Shown: positions 1 through 10,451 of the stretch, in pieces
Numbering within the stretch: the stretch's first letter is position 1
Layout of the letters: every line of letters begins with the position of its first letter
Notes under the pieces: model-generated
Seen by the model: the letters and a program-made list of their open reading frames with translations, nothing else
Databases searched by the model: none
What the model was told of the DNA's origin: nothing
Position numbers and translations under genes: made by a program
Origin: Chloroflexota bacterium
GTDB taxonomy: Bacteria; Chloroflexota; UBA11872; VXOZ01
Direction: 5' to 3'
DNA length: 64,000 nucleotides
Assembly (NCBI GenBank): GCA_965221905.1
Contig: OZ244922.1
Location: 3,040,001-3,104,000 of the forward strand

Positions 1-53
1 AGCTGCTCTTGGGGCAGTTGCTACCCGGGCAGGCATAGACCACCCTTGGCCTC

Positions 54-263
54 TTAGGCTCCCATCGTCCTTCGGACTTTAGCCTCGCGTCTACGCTGAC
101 GGCGAATAGCCCTTTGTAGTGCCAAACGCTCTTTTTCTGATTTCGAGCGATAGAACCGCCGCAAGCGGACTTCTCGCATTACTCCGGACCGGTTTATAGA
201 TGAGCGAAAACGCTGCAAGAGACTATCAAAGCTCTCACCGTCGCGCAAGGACACTGCTGACAA
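54..263 (-). CDS. rpsU: 30S ribosomal protein S21
   Basis: V-x-L-R-D-G-E-S-F-D-S-L-L-Q-R-F...R-R-F-Y-x-x-K-S-E, Arg-rich tail typical of bS21. Start moved to TTG at 263, 10 nt after a GAGGAG SD; the ORF track starts at 329. Confidence 0.9.
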   Translation of the reverse strand: MSAVSLRDGESFDSLLQRFRSSINRSGVMREVRLRRFYRSKSEKERLALQRAIRRQRRREAKVRRTMGA

Positions 264-412
264 ATCAACCACACTCCTCTTGACGTATCTGCACTTTGCA
301 AATAAGAAACATGCGTACGTTCGCATCAAACCTAACCTAGGCTAACTACAATACCATACTTCGCGCATTGCAACAATCCAAGAACTACACTACCTTCCCG
401 ACAATCCAAGAA

Positions 413-1387
413 TTACACCACCTCCCTGACGGCGCTCTCTTGCTTCAAATCGCTATCCACCATCATCTTAATGAGACCTGGAAAGTCTACGGTTGGCATC
501 CAACCCAGCTTCTCTTTTGCTTTCGAGTTGTCGGCGATCAAGAGGTTGACTTCTGCCGGGCGGAGGAACCGCGGGTCTTTGCCCACAAATTCCTGCCAGT
601 CCAAGCCAACGTGATCGAATGCCACCGCGCACATCTCCTGGATCGAGTGCGTTTCGCCGGTGCCGACCACATAGTCGTCAGGCTCGTCCTGTTGCAGCAT
701 CAGGTGCATCGCCTGCACGTAATCACCGGCGTATCCCCAATCGCGCTTCGGCGACAGATCGCCCATTAGAAGGCTATCCTGCTTGCCAAGCTTGATGCGC
801 GCTGCCGCGTTTGTCGTCTTGCGCGTTACAAATTCCAGGCCGCGGCGCGGCGATTCATGATTGAAGAGAATCCCTGAGCAAGCAAACATGTCGTAGCTCT
901 CGCGGTAGTTCACCGTAGTGTAGTGCCCGTACGCCTTGGCCACGCCGTAAGGGCTGCGGGGATGAAAAGGCGTCGCCTCGCTCTGCGGCATTTCGCGCAC
1001 CTTGCCAAACACTTCACTGCTCGACGCTTGGTAGAAACGGATGTCCCGGTTTACCATGCGGATAGCTTCCAACAGTCGAATGACTCCCAATCCCGTAATC
1101 TCACTCGTGAGCACCGGCTGGCGCCACGACAATGGCACGAAGCTGATCGCACCCAGGTTGTAAACCTCATCCGGTTGCGCGCTCTCCACGGCGGCGATGA
1201 GTGAACTCTGGTCTAAGAGGTCTCCTTCAATGAGTTCCAGATCGGGGACGAGCCGCTGTACGGCCTCCGCTTTGGGGTTGTTCTGGCCCCGAATGAGGCC
1301 GTATACGCTATACCCCAAGCCGATAAGATACTCGGCAAGATAGGTGCCGTCCTGCCCGGTGATTCCAGTAATTAGTGCTGTTTTCAC
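413..1387 (-). CDS. gmd: GDP-mannose 4,6-dehydratase
   Basis: [42 protein letters not shown] and RDWG motifs. Likely GTG start at 1387. Confidence 0.95.
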   Translation of the reverse strand: MKTALITGITGQDGTYLAEYLIGLGYSVYGLIRGQNNPKAEAVQRLVPDLELIEGDLLDQSSLIAAVESAQPDEVYNLGAISFVPLSWRQPVLTSEITGLGVIRLLEAIRMVNRDIRFYQASSSEVFGKVREMPQSEATPFHPRSPYGVAKAYGHYTTVNYRESYDMFACSGILFNHESPRRGLEFVTRKTTNAAARIKLGKQDSLLMGDLSPKRDWGYAGDYVQAMHLMLQQDEPDDYVVGTGETHSIQEMCAVAFDHVGLDWQEFVGKDPRFLRPAEVNLLIADNSKAKEKLGWMPTVDFPGLIKMMVDSDLKQESAVREVV

Positions 1388-1961
1388 ACGCGATCCCCCA
1401 CAAGCGACTGGTGACAAAACCGTAGGGCACACACAAGTTTCAAAAGCTCAATTCGTGTTTCTCAGTGAAGAGCCCGCCGCTATGCACAAGCCCCTCCACG
1501 CTTTGGCCTTGCCTCGGACCCGAATTCTACAGCGCACAGCATCGCGAGTAGAGAGAGAAGGGAGGCCGAGCGAACGACACCGCTAGCACCCCAGCGCACA
1601 AACGAATGCACCTGCTTGCGCCCACCTATCCGGCCAACAGGCGCGGCTGGAAGCCCCTGGAGGTCGACTCTTCAAGACTACAATCATGCTATATATTCTA
1701 ATGCTATCATAGGAGCGAAGACATGCGCATTGGGCCCACCACGTGCGGCAATCAGGGCGAAGGCGCCGCTGTGTAGTGCGCAATTAATTGCTGGAGTGTA
1801 AGCTGTGTCATCGCGAAGGTACGGCCGCATTGCTTAGACTGAATGGATTTGTGCCGCCATGCTAGCGTCCAGCCAACACAGAATTCGATTGTTTCGCTGA
1901 CCAACGCAAGAATGTCCGGCAAGTCACGTGCCTGCCGCTGGAAGCCCCCAGGGAGAAGAGA

Positions 1962-2216
1962 ATGGCCGAAGAACGGCAGCCGCTAACGCTAAAAGTGGAA
2001 ACTGCGCGCGGCGTGCGCACGCTCACCTTTCCCGAAGAAATCGTCGCGCAGGGACGCGGTGTGCCGCGCACTGTTAGATGCTACGCCATGTCGGACGAGG
2101 TGCGCATGATACGCATCGAAGCACGGCGAGCAGACGGTCTGCGCTTCAACGTGCTCGACGAGTACAATCAGCCGCTCAATGACGCCCCGGTGCAATGGGA
2201 AATTATCTGGCGCTAG
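1962..2216 (+). CDS. small hypothetical protein (84 aa)
   Basis: ATG preceded by GGGAGAAGAG; plausible beta-rich composition; no family recognised. Confidence 0.6.
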   Translation: MAEERQPLTLKVETARGVRTLTFPEEIVAQGRGVPRTVRCYAMSDEVRMIRIEARRADGLRFNVLDEYNQPLNDAPVQWEIIWR

Positions 2217-2342
2217 TATTCATCCGGCAGTGAGCGGTCACGCGCCGCAACCTGTGTACAAATCACTCCTATCGCCTTGCCGTGAAGGGCGAGATTGTTA
2301 CACTTAAAGCGGCAAGCGTCGTTCGAGAGGATCGGATAGGCA

Positions 2343-2672
2343 ATGAGAAAACGGGACGAGTGCCGCGATATGCAGGACATTCGCGCAGAGATCGACAGGA
2401 TAGACCAAGCGGTCATCCGGCTGCTCAGCGAGCGGTTCGAGTATGTGCAGCAGGCATCTCGGTTCAAGACCAGTGCCACCTCGGTGCGCGCACCGGACCG
2501 CTTCAAGGCCATGCTGAAGCAACGTCGGGTCTGGGCGCAGGAAGCCGGCCTGGACGCTGACGTTATCGAAAGCATGTACCGCGACCTGGTGAACTACTTC
2601 ATCGAGGAAGAGTTGAAGCGGTGGCAAGCGGAAAAGAGTGGAAGTGATCCAGCGCCTGATGCCACCGCCTAG
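2343..2672 (+). CDS. pchB: isochorismate-pyruvate lyase / AroQ chorismate mutase family
   Basis: C-x-D-M-Q-D-I-R-A-E-I-D-R-I-D, R-F-K-T-S...V-R-A-P-D-R-F...R-R-x-W-A, closely PchB-like. Confidence 0.8.
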   Translation: MRKRDECRDMQDIRAEIDRIDQAVIRLLSERFEYVQQASRFKTSATSVRAPDRFKAMLKQRRVWAQEAGLDADVIESMYRDLVNYFIEEELKRWQAEKSGSDPAPDATA

Positions 2673-2768
2673 GGCAGTTGCACACAAGCTACTTTCATTC
2701 AAGTAGTCGCCGCCCTTAGTCATGATTCAGCACAAAGATTAAACGCCGCTCCCTATTGATCGATATCT

Positions 2769-3757
2769 ATGCCTTACGTAGACGATGCTCTTCTCTTGCC
2801 CCTCGGCACCAGCCTCCTGCTCTTGCTTTGGCTCTCTTTCTGCGGCGCCGTCCTCGTCCGCTTCTGCTGCTCTATTCGCAGTTGGACGCTGCTGCCTCCC
2901 CTCGGCCTCGCTGCCGGTTGCGCTATCTTCCTCGTCTGCGCCAATCTCCTCGGCAAGGTCGGCGCTCTACCTGAGGGTTCCGGAATCGCCGTCCTTGTCG
3001 GCACAGTCGGCACTGTGCCTCTGGCCTTCGGCGGCGCCTTCCTCTTGCTCAGCGCCCTCGGCATCTTCGCCTCTTTCCAATTACGGCCACACTCCTGGCA
3101 GCTACCCTCCCGTCGAACGCTCCTCGCAGTCTGCGGCTATTCCCTCTTAGCTCTCGTGCTCGCCTACGTCTGTCTCGCCATTCGCAACCAGTCCTACTTC
3201 TATGACTTCCCTACCCACTTGGCATTCGCGACTACCATCGCACGCGACAACCTGCCCGTGCGCAACCCCTACTCTCCGGTCTCCCCCTCCGGCTACCACT
3301 ACGGCGCCGCTCTCCTCGTCGCTGCCCTCTCCCGCGCCGCCGGCCTGCCCGCTGTTACCGGTTATCAACTCCTCGCTGCTTTGCAAGGCGCAGCACTTCT
3401 CCTGCTCGTCTTCGCCTTGGGCCGCGAGGCCGGTAAACTCTTCCTCTGGGGCCTTGCCTGCCTCCTCGCCGCTCTCTCCATGGGAAGCTTGGTGCTCTGG
3501 CGGCCTTTCGCCGCGTTACCTCCTGCTCTCTCTCATTTGCTTGGCGGCAATCTGTCGCTCGATGCCCTCCTCCAGTTCCCCAGCCTCCGCCAATATATCG
3601 AACTCGTCTATCCCATCGTCTCTTTCTCTTCCGACCTCCACTGGCTCTTGATCTATCCCCATCGACTCGCGGCCTTCTTCACTGTCGCCGCGTTGGCCGT
3701 GTTGCTTGTCGGACCAGGGCGCCGACGTTGGGGCCACACCACTATGGCCTTATCTAT
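2769..3757 (+). repeat. direct repeat, copy 1 of a ~990-bp identical block (copy 2 at 6136-7124)
   Basis: Same sequence at offset 3367; the ORF track shows identical shadow ORFs in both copies. Confidence 0.9.
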
Positions 3758-5927
3758 TACCATCGCTGCTGCCATCGCCCTCTATGATGAAACTATGCTC
3801 CCCCTTGCTCTCATGGCCCTCGCTTGGCCTCTGCTCTCCCTCCGCCGTAATCCCCAACGCCTCGCCATTTGGTCGGGCGGCATCATCGCCACTATCGGCC
3901 TCATTGCACTTCAAGGCGGCTCTGTCACCGACGCGCTATTTGGCACTTCCGGCTCGCGACCCCCTTTTTCCCTTTACTCCCCTGCCGAATTCTCCCGCTC
4001 GCTTATCTTTACCAAAGCGTTGCCTGAGGGGTGGCTCTGGATACTCCCTCCCCTACCCCTCGCCGCCTCCGCCCTCATCTTCATCTGGAAACGCTGGTGG
4101 CTGGGGCTCATGCTCTGCGGCTTCGGCTTCGCAGGCTACCTCGGCTTTCATATTGTGGATTACCAGGGAGCCATCGGTTCTGGCCAATGGGCCCGTGTCG
4201 TGAACCTCTCATTTCTCACACTCGCTTTGGTAACGCCCTTGGCGGTTGCCCGTCTTCTCCGTGATGCACAGCCGTGGCGCACAGCGCTTGTCGCCTTCTT
4301 ACTGATGCCCGTTGCATTGCCTACGCTCTTGCAGCCAGTGGCAAGCGTCTTATCCGAGCTCCCCCGTGAAATTTCACTCCACGATCCAGATCTCCCGGGC
4401 CTAGCTTATACTCCCCAAATCACCGACCCTTACGTACACCAAGAGCTTGTCAACTTTCACGATGTCTATCGGGACGTCGGGCAGTTGCTTCCCGATGACA
4501 GCGTCGTGCTGACGCAGCATCCCGTTTCATTCGCAATTGCCACGGGCCTCACCACAGCCTATGCCCCGACCTCCGGTCTCACACTGTTTCCTTCTCACCG
4601 CTACATTCCGGATCCGGCGTTCTACGATGCTTTCTGGCGTCTTGATCCCGCTGCCTGGCGCGCCTTGGGCGCGACTGCCGTCCTCTATCACCACAATACC
4701 TACCACTCCCTCCCACTAGCAGCTCGCAGACTGGTCGAGGACAGTGGCTGGTTCATTACGCACTACGATGAGAGCGACTTCTTGCTTCTAGCGCCTAACG
4801 AAGCCTTCTTCCGCTATGGGAATGCGTCTCCCAGTACCTTCGCCTCGTTCCGCGCGGCCCTTACTCCCAGGGATACCGTATTTCTTTCGCCTAATCTGCC
4901 TTACGGCGTCGGACAAGCACTGGTGCATCTCCTGAGCGACCATCCTGTTGCGGGCCTAGGGCCCGACCTCAGTTCACACCACTGGATGGAGCTCATGCGG
5001 CCCCCAGGGCTTGATGCGGCGTCCGCCGTGTGGCACGCGCGCAGCCATATGGATACGCGGCTTGCCGGCGTCTTTCCAGAGGCTGCTCTTTGGGAGTGGC
5101 GGGCGCCAAGCGAAAGCGCGGGCGTGTACCCCAATGCTCCGATTCCCGCATTCGCTCCCCTAGAGCTTTCCGCCGGCCAGTCATTGGCCTTGCAAGCTAA
5201 TCACAGTAGACTTGCCTTGGACGACGCGCCCGGCATGGCCACATCCGTTCACTTCCGCTCACTCTCTCTCGTGCTTGCCGGGCACCCTGGAAGCGTGGTC
5301 CAGATCTGTGCGCCCGCAGGATGTGCGCAGCGCGACCTGGGCGGCGCCACATGGACGTACAGCCTGCCCTTGATCGCAGAAAACACCCAATTCACGCTCT
5401 CGGTACTGCACGGCCGGGCCTTTGTCGCCGGCACGCTTGGCTTCTCCGACCGGCTCGCCGCGGTCCGCACTACCGGCGTTGTCATTCGACCCCGGCAAAC
5501 TGACAATGCCATTAAAGTAGACGTGAGTTACTTCAACTTTCAAGGATGGACACTTGGCAACGGCATAGCGTGGCAACTTGTGCGCGTTGACTCTGAGCAG
5601 GAGCGTCGGGTGCTTTCCCGCCCCAGCCAACTCATCATCTTTGGTGAGCTCGGCGACGTAGTCTACACGCTTGGTCCTGACGGGAGCCACGCTGAGCACA
5701 ATTTCACTGAATCGCCGCCGCTGTTCGAGCAGGCTCGGGCACTGACCGATGGCGAGTACCGCCTCTTCCTCAGCTTCTTCATCGATCAATTTAAGGCCGC
5801 CGATTGGATACCTGCCGCTCACTTTCGCGTGCAAGAGGGTACCATAGTATCGTTCACTCCACTGCCCCAGATTGCACGCCTGAGTTTTGGCGCGGAACAC
5901 ACGGAAACTGTTGTCTTGGAAGAATGA
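2769..5927 (+). CDS. large polytopic membrane protein, GT-C/YYY (DUF2298)-like, with extracytoplasmic C-terminal domains (copy 1)
   Basis: 1052 aa; more than 12 hydrophobic segments in the N-terminal half; YDFPTHL...NP...GYHYG loop and IATGLT motif resemble GT-C/YYY proteins. Confidence 0.7.
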   Translation: MPYVDDALLLPLGTSLLLLLWLSFCGAVLVRFCCSIRSWTLLPPLGLAAGCAIFLVCANLLGKVGALPEGSGIAVLVGTVGTVPLAFGGAFLLLSALGIFASFQLRPHSWQLPSRRTLLAVCGYSLLALVLAYVCLAIRNQSYFYDFPTHLAFATTIARDNLPVRNPYSPVSPSGYHYGAALLVAALSRAAGLPAVTGYQLLAALQGAALLLLVFALGREAGKLFLWGLACLLAALSMGSLVLWRPFAALPPALSHLLGGNLSLDALLQFPSLRQYIELVYPIVSFSSDLHWLLIYPHRLAAFFTVAALAVLLVGPGRRRWGHTTMALSITIAAAIALYDETMLPLALMALAWPLLSLRRNPQRLAIWSGGIIATIGLIALQGGSVTDALFGTSGSRPPFSLYSPAEFSRSLIFTKALPEGWLWILPPLPLAASALIFIWKRWWLGLMLCGFGFAGYLGFHIVDYQGAIGSGQWARVVNLSFLTLALVTPLAVARLLRDAQPWRTALVAFLLMPVALPTLLQPVASVLSELPREISLHDPDLPGLAYTPQITDPYVHQELVNFHDVYRDVGQLLPDDSVVLTQHPVSFAIATGLTTAYAPTSGLTLFPSHRYIPDPAFYDAFWRLDPAAWRALGATAVLYHHNTYHSLPLAARRLVEDSGWFITHYDESDFLLLAPNEAFFRYGNASPSTFASFRAALTPRDTVFLSPNLPYGVGQALVHLLSDHPVAGLGPDLSSHHWMELMRPPGLDAASAVWHARSHMDTRLAGVFPEAALWEWRAPSESAGVYPNAPIPAFAPLELSAGQSLALQANHSRLALDDAPGMATSVHFRSLSLVLAGHPGSVVQICAPAGCAQRDLGGATWTYSLPLIAENTQFTLSVLHGRAFVAGTLGFSDRLAAVRTTGVVIRPRQTDNAIKVDVSYFNFQGWTLGNGIAWQLVRVDSEQERRVLSRPSQLIIFGELGDVVYTLGPDGSHAEHNFTESPPLFEQARALTDGEYRLFLSFFIDQFKAADWIPAAHFRVQEGTIVSFTPLPQIARLSFGAEHTETVVLEE

Positions 5928-6135
5928 CGGAGGCCGGTCAGCCGCTTCCCTTTGGCATGGGCTTGCGTTCTAACGTTTTCCATTGCTGTCTAGTGCTGTC
6001 TAGCCGACCGGTCGAATTCGTAGAACAGCGAAAAATTCTAATACCGAAAATTTCGAGAATTCCCTCGCCTTGTGAAAGACTGCGAAACTTAGAACCAAGG
6101 GCGGCCTTTCGGCCGCCTACTGCAAAGTAATGCCC

Positions 6136-7124
6136 ATGCCTTACGTAGACGATGCTCTTCTCTTGCCCCTCGGCACCAGCCTCCTGCTCTTGCTTTGGCT
6201 CTCTTTCTGCGGCGCCGTCCTCGTCCGCTTCTGCTGCTCTATTCGCAGTTGGACGCTGCTGCCTCCCCTCGGCCTCGCTGCCGGTTGCGCTATCTTCCTC
6301 GTCTGCGCCAATCTCCTCGGCAAGGTCGGCGCTCTACCTGAGGGTTCCGGAATCGCCGTCCTTGTCGGCACAGTCGGCACTGTGCCTCTGGCCTTCGGCG
6401 GCGCCTTCCTCTTGCTCAGCGCCCTCGGCATCTTCGCCTCTTTCCAATTACGGCCACACTCCTGGCAGCTACCCTCCCGTCGAACGCTCCTCGCAGTCTG
6501 CGGCTATTCCCTCTTAGCTCTCGTGCTCGCCTACGTCTGTCTCGCCATTCGCAACCAGTCCTACTTCTATGACTTCCCTACCCACTTGGCATTCGCGACT
6601 ACCATCGCACGCGACAACCTGCCCGTGCGCAACCCCTACTCTCCGGTCTCCCCCTCCGGCTACCACTACGGCGCCGCTCTCCTCGTCGCTGCCCTCTCCC
6701 GCGCCGCCGGCCTGCCCGCTGTTACCGGTTATCAACTCCTCGCTGCTTTGCAAGGCGCAGCACTTCTCCTGCTCGTCTTCGCCTTGGGCCGCGAGGCCGG
6801 TAAACTCTTCCTCTGGGGCCTTGCCTGCCTCCTCGCCGCTCTCTCCATGGGAAGCTTGGTGCTCTGGCGGCCTTTCGCCGCGTTACCTCCTGCTCTCTCT
6901 CATTTGCTTGGCGGCAATCTGTCGCTCGATGCCCTCCTCCAGTTCCCCAGCCTCCGCCAATATATCGAACTCGTCTATCCCATCGTCTCTTTCTCTTCCG
7001 ACCTCCACTGGCTCTTGATCTATCCCCATCGACTCGCGGCCTTCTTCACTGTCGCCGCGTTGGCCGTGTTGCTTGTCGGACCAGGGCGCCGACGTTGGGG
7101 CCACACCACTATGGCCTTATCTAT
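6136..7124 (+). repeat. direct repeat, copy 2 of the ~990-bp identical block
   Basis: Matches 2769-3757. Confidence 0.9.
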
Positions 7125-9288
7125 AGCCATCGCCGCTGCCATCGCTCTCTACGATGAAACTATGCTCCCCCTTGCTCTCATGGCCCTCGCTTGGCCTCTG
7201 CTCTCCCTCCGCCGTAATCCCCAACGCCTCGCCATTTGGCTCGGCGGCGCCCTGGCCGCTATCGGCCTCATTGCACTTCAAGGCGGCTCTGTCTCATACG
7301 CACTGTTTGGCAATGCCGGCACCGGCTCCCTCTTATCTCTGCGATCTGTGCCGGACGCCGCCCGCTCTGTCACCTTGACCAGAGTGCTCCCGGAAGGGTG
7401 GCTCTGGATACTCCCTCCCCTACCCCTCGCCGCCTCCGCCCTCATCTTCACCTGGAAACGCTGGTGGCTGGGGCTCATGCTCTGCGGCTTCGGCTTCGCA
7501 GGCTACCTCGGCTTTCATATTGTGGATTACCAGGGAGCCATCGGTTCTGGCCAATGGGCCCGTGTCGTGAACCTCTCATTTCTCACACTCGCTTTGGTAA
7601 CGCCCTTGGCGGTTGCCCGTCTTCTCCGTGATGCACAGCCGTGGCGCACAGCGCTTGTCGCCTTCTTACTGATGCCTGTATTCCTACCCACGCTTACCCA
7701 ACCAGCGGCCAGCATCATCTCCGATCTCCGTAAGGAAGTTACGTTTCACCACCCGGAGTCTCCAGGGCTGGTTTACACCCCCCAGATCACCGATCCATGG
7801 GTCACGCGCCGGTTATTCGAGAATCGAGATGTCTACAGGGATATCGCCCAAGTGCTGCCCGATGACAGCGTCGTGCTTACTCAACATCCCGTCTCATTCG
7901 TCATCGCAACAGGCCTACCTGCCGCCTATGGATCTATCGACGGCATTACCCTATACGCTTCCCACATCTACTTTCCCGGCCCAGCCTTCTACGATGCTTT
8001 CTGGCGACTTGATCCCGCAGCGTGGAGCTCATTAGGCGCTACTGCGGTTCTCTATCACCAAAGAATGTACTACTCACTGCCACAATCGGCGCGGGAACTC
8101 TTAGAAACCGATGGCTGGTTTTTACGCCGCAACGACGACCGCCAACTTCTGCTCTTCACTCCTACCGAGGCATTCCTCCAGTATGGCCCAACCCCTGCGA
8201 ACACTCTATCCGCATTGATGACGTTACTACCGTCTACAGATACGCTCTATCTGTCGACTGACTTACCCTTTGGGATGGGACAAGCACTTGTGCGGAAACT
8301 TAAGGATCGCCCAACGGTTGGCCTCGGGCCAGAAAATAGAGTACACCAGTGGATAACGGTAAATAGACCTGTATGGTTAACAGAAGCTGAGGCGACATGG
8401 CACGTGCGCAAGGATTCGGAGGTGCGGCTATCCGGAACACTCCCTGAGGCCGCGTTGTGGCATTGGCGCGCGCCAAGCGAAAGTGTAGGGGTCTACCCAA
8501 ACGACACGATACCGGCCTTTTCTCCCAGACTGCTTGCGGCCGGCCAGTCCTTACGCTTGCACGCAAGCCGCCAAGACCTTGTTTTGGAAGATGGGCCCAC
8601 CGTCACCTCGCCTGTGCAGTTCCGCTCACTCTCTCTCGTACTTGCCGGGCATCCTGGTAGCGTTGTCCAAGTCTGTGGCCCGACAGGATGTGCGCAACGA
8701 GACTTGGGTGGTGGGACGTGGGTCATTGGGCTGCCACTGAATGCTGATCTTTCGCAGTTCACGCTCTCCGCAGTACAAGGCGAGGCTTTCATCGCTGGTA
8801 CGCTCGGCTTCAGTGAACACCTCACTGCGGTTCGCGCACCCGGTGTCGTCCTTCGATCTCGGCAAACTGGCAACACTATTGAAGTGGATGCCAATTACTT
8901 TAATCGCCAAGGGTGGACCCAAGGGGATGGCGTAGCGTGGCACCTTGTCAAAGCAAAAACCAGTAAGGGCGAGGGCGGACTGTGGTGGCCCAGCCAGCTC
9001 ATCATCCATGGTGAGCGCGGTGACGTTCGCCTTACCCTGGACCCGTCCGGCACATTCGCCGAATATAACTTCACGACTCCCCCGTCGCTAAATCAAGTCG
9101 AAGCGTTGACTGATGCAGAATATCAGCTATACCTCGCCTTCACCATTGATCCCTTTGGGGTTGTAGATCGGGTACCTGCAGCGCGGTTTCTTGTTAGTGA
9201 GGGTTCTATCGTAGCGTTCACCCCGCTACCGCAAATAGCGCTCCTGAGCTATGGTACGGAACACGTCGAGCCATTTATTTTAGAGTAG
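6136..9288 (+). CDS. large polytopic membrane protein, GT-C/YYY-like (copy 2, tandem paralogue)
   Basis: Same architecture as copy 1; the 5' ~990 nt are identical to it. Start is 6130 or 6136. Confidence 0.7.
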   Translation: MPYVDDALLLPLGTSLLLLLWLSFCGAVLVRFCCSIRSWTLLPPLGLAAGCAIFLVCANLLGKVGALPEGSGIAVLVGTVGTVPLAFGGAFLLLSALGIFASFQLRPHSWQLPSRRTLLAVCGYSLLALVLAYVCLAIRNQSYFYDFPTHLAFATTIARDNLPVRNPYSPVSPSGYHYGAALLVAALSRAAGLPAVTGYQLLAALQGAALLLLVFALGREAGKLFLWGLACLLAALSMGSLVLWRPFAALPPALSHLLGGNLSLDALLQFPSLRQYIELVYPIVSFSSDLHWLLIYPHRLAAFFTVAALAVLLVGPGRRRWGHTTMALSIAIAAAIALYDETMLPLALMALAWPLLSLRRNPQRLAIWLGGALAAIGLIALQGGSVSYALFGNAGTGSLLSLRSVPDAARSVTLTRVLPEGWLWILPPLPLAASALIFTWKRWWLGLMLCGFGFAGYLGFHIVDYQGAIGSGQWARVVNLSFLTLALVTPLAVARLLRDAQPWRTALVAFLLMPVFLPTLTQPAASIISDLRKEVTFHHPESPGLVYTPQITDPWVTRRLFENRDVYRDIAQVLPDDSVVLTQHPVSFVIATGLPAAYGSIDGITLYASHIYFPGPAFYDAFWRLDPAAWSSLGATAVLYHQRMYYSLPQSARELLETDGWFLRRNDDRQLLLFTPTEAFLQYGPTPANTLSALMTLLPSTDTLYLSTDLPFGMGQALVRKLKDRPTVGLGPENRVHQWITVNRPVWLTEAEATWHVRKDSEVRLSGTLPEAALWHWRAPSESVGVYPNDTIPAFSPRLLAAGQSLRLHASRQDLVLEDGPTVTSPVQFRSLSLVLAGHPGSVVQVCGPTGCAQRDLGGGTWVIGLPLNADLSQFTLSAVQGEAFIAGTLGFSEHLTAVRAPGVVLRSRQTGNTIEVDANYFNRQGWTQGDGVAWHLVKAKTSKGEGGLWWPSQLIIHGERGDVRLTLDPSGTFAEYNFTTPPSLNQVEALTDAEYQLYLAFTIDPFGVVDRVPAARFLVSEGSIVAFTPLPQIALLSYGTEHVEPFILE

Positions 9289-9590
9289 TAACATTTTTGA
9301 ACGGCAAGTGCCACGCAAGTAAGCGCCCGAGCTCTTCACTGGTGCCCATCGCAATTGCAACGAAGGAGCGAAGCAAAGGCATACCCAGGTTCGCCCAATG
9401 CCCAGATTTTACAACTGCATTCGCGCCAGATACCTAGCTCAATTGGGAGTGGTGGACGGCACTGACCGACTGTGTGCGCGGACAGGCGTGCATCCACGCC
9501 GTGGCCGAGACTAATACGGTAAAATCCATGTGTTTGAGCGGCCTTCGCTCGCCGGATTAAGATACCCTCATCTGGGAGTAAGATCACTCT

Positions 9591-10085
9591 GTGACACCCT
9601 CACAACTCATGGGCCTGCTCCACCGGCACATCGCGGCGGGCCTTGCCTCCCGGAATGAGACACTCGCGTGCGTTGAAATCGGAAGCGGCGGGCAGGTCTC
9701 CTCCTTCCTTACGTCAGAGCCGGGAAGTTCAGCCTTCTTCGCCGGCGCACTGATACTTACTGCGGATGCTTCCGTTTGGCCCCGGTCAATCATGGGCCGC
9801 TGCGGCTGGCGACATGACCCGTTGGAGAGTCTCGATCGCTTGTGCGGGCTTGCTGCAATTGCACAAAGTGAGTTTGGCGCGGATTGGGGACTTGCGGTGG
9901 TTTGCAAGGCTGCTGCAGCCCGGCACCCCGCGCATTTCGCGCTGCGTTCCCCAAGTGGCAATGCAACCCTTGAGACCGCGTTACTTTCGGAGGAAGTGCT
10001 GCAATTTGGCGGGGCACAACTGGTACATTACGTCCTACAGCACGTGGCAGAGCGCCTAACAGACTACCGTGAGGATCCACCATGA
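9591..10085 (+). CDS. CinA C-terminal / PncC-like protein (divergent)
   Basis: ETLACVEIGSGGQV...PGSSAFFAGA and FGADWGLAV resemble the CinA C-terminal domain; the canonical AES-CTGG and S-x-TG-x-AGP motifs are degenerate. Confidence 0.6.
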   Translation: MTPSQLMGLLHRHIAAGLASRNETLACVEIGSGGQVSSFLTSEPGSSAFFAGALILTADASVWPRSIMGRCGWRHDPLESLDRLCGLAAIAQSEFGADWGLAVVCKAAAARHPAHFALRSPSGNATLETALLSEEVLQFGGAQLVHYVLQHVAERLTDYREDPP

Positions 10086-10354
10086 TGCGCGCCCCCCATG
10101 ATCGCGCCGCACTCCTACTGCAAGTCGAAACCTACGACCTACAGGGAGTCGATCACTACAAACTAATGCTCGTCTGGCGAGAGGACCGTCACACCATTCA
10201 CGAAGTGCATCTTCCTGCGGATTCGGTCTACGCCGACCCCCAAGCCGGACACCGCATAGCAATCACGTACTTAATGGATACGCCCCTGCGTGTCAAACCC
10301 CTTTCAGATCCTCCAACCGACGTTTCCCCTAACAACTCGGATGCGCAAGTATAG
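10082..10354 (+). CDS. hypothetical protein (90 aa)
   Basis: ATGA overlap with the upstream stop; GAGGA SD. Confidence 0.6.
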   Translation: MMRAPHDRAALLLQVETYDLQGVDHYKLMLVWREDRHTIHEVHLPADSVYADPQAGHRIAITYLMDTPLRVKPLSDPPTDVSPNNSDAQV

Positions 10355-10451
10355 GCGGGTTCGGTACTATAGCAAGAGAGTTTTAGTATTTGCTGGAAGG
10401 CGCAGGCAGTGCTCTAGACTCTGGCAACCCGCCGCTAACCAAGGAGCAAGT

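Noticed and set aside
2769-4310. Strong C/T skew in the 5' half of the tandem genes as a sign of foreign DNA
   Set aside because: Explained by Leu/Ala/Ser/Phe-rich transmembrane coding with C-ending codons.
2769-9288. Diversity-generating retroelement TR/VR pair
   Set aside because: No reverse transcriptase is present, the differences are not adenine-specific, and the repeats are gene-scale.
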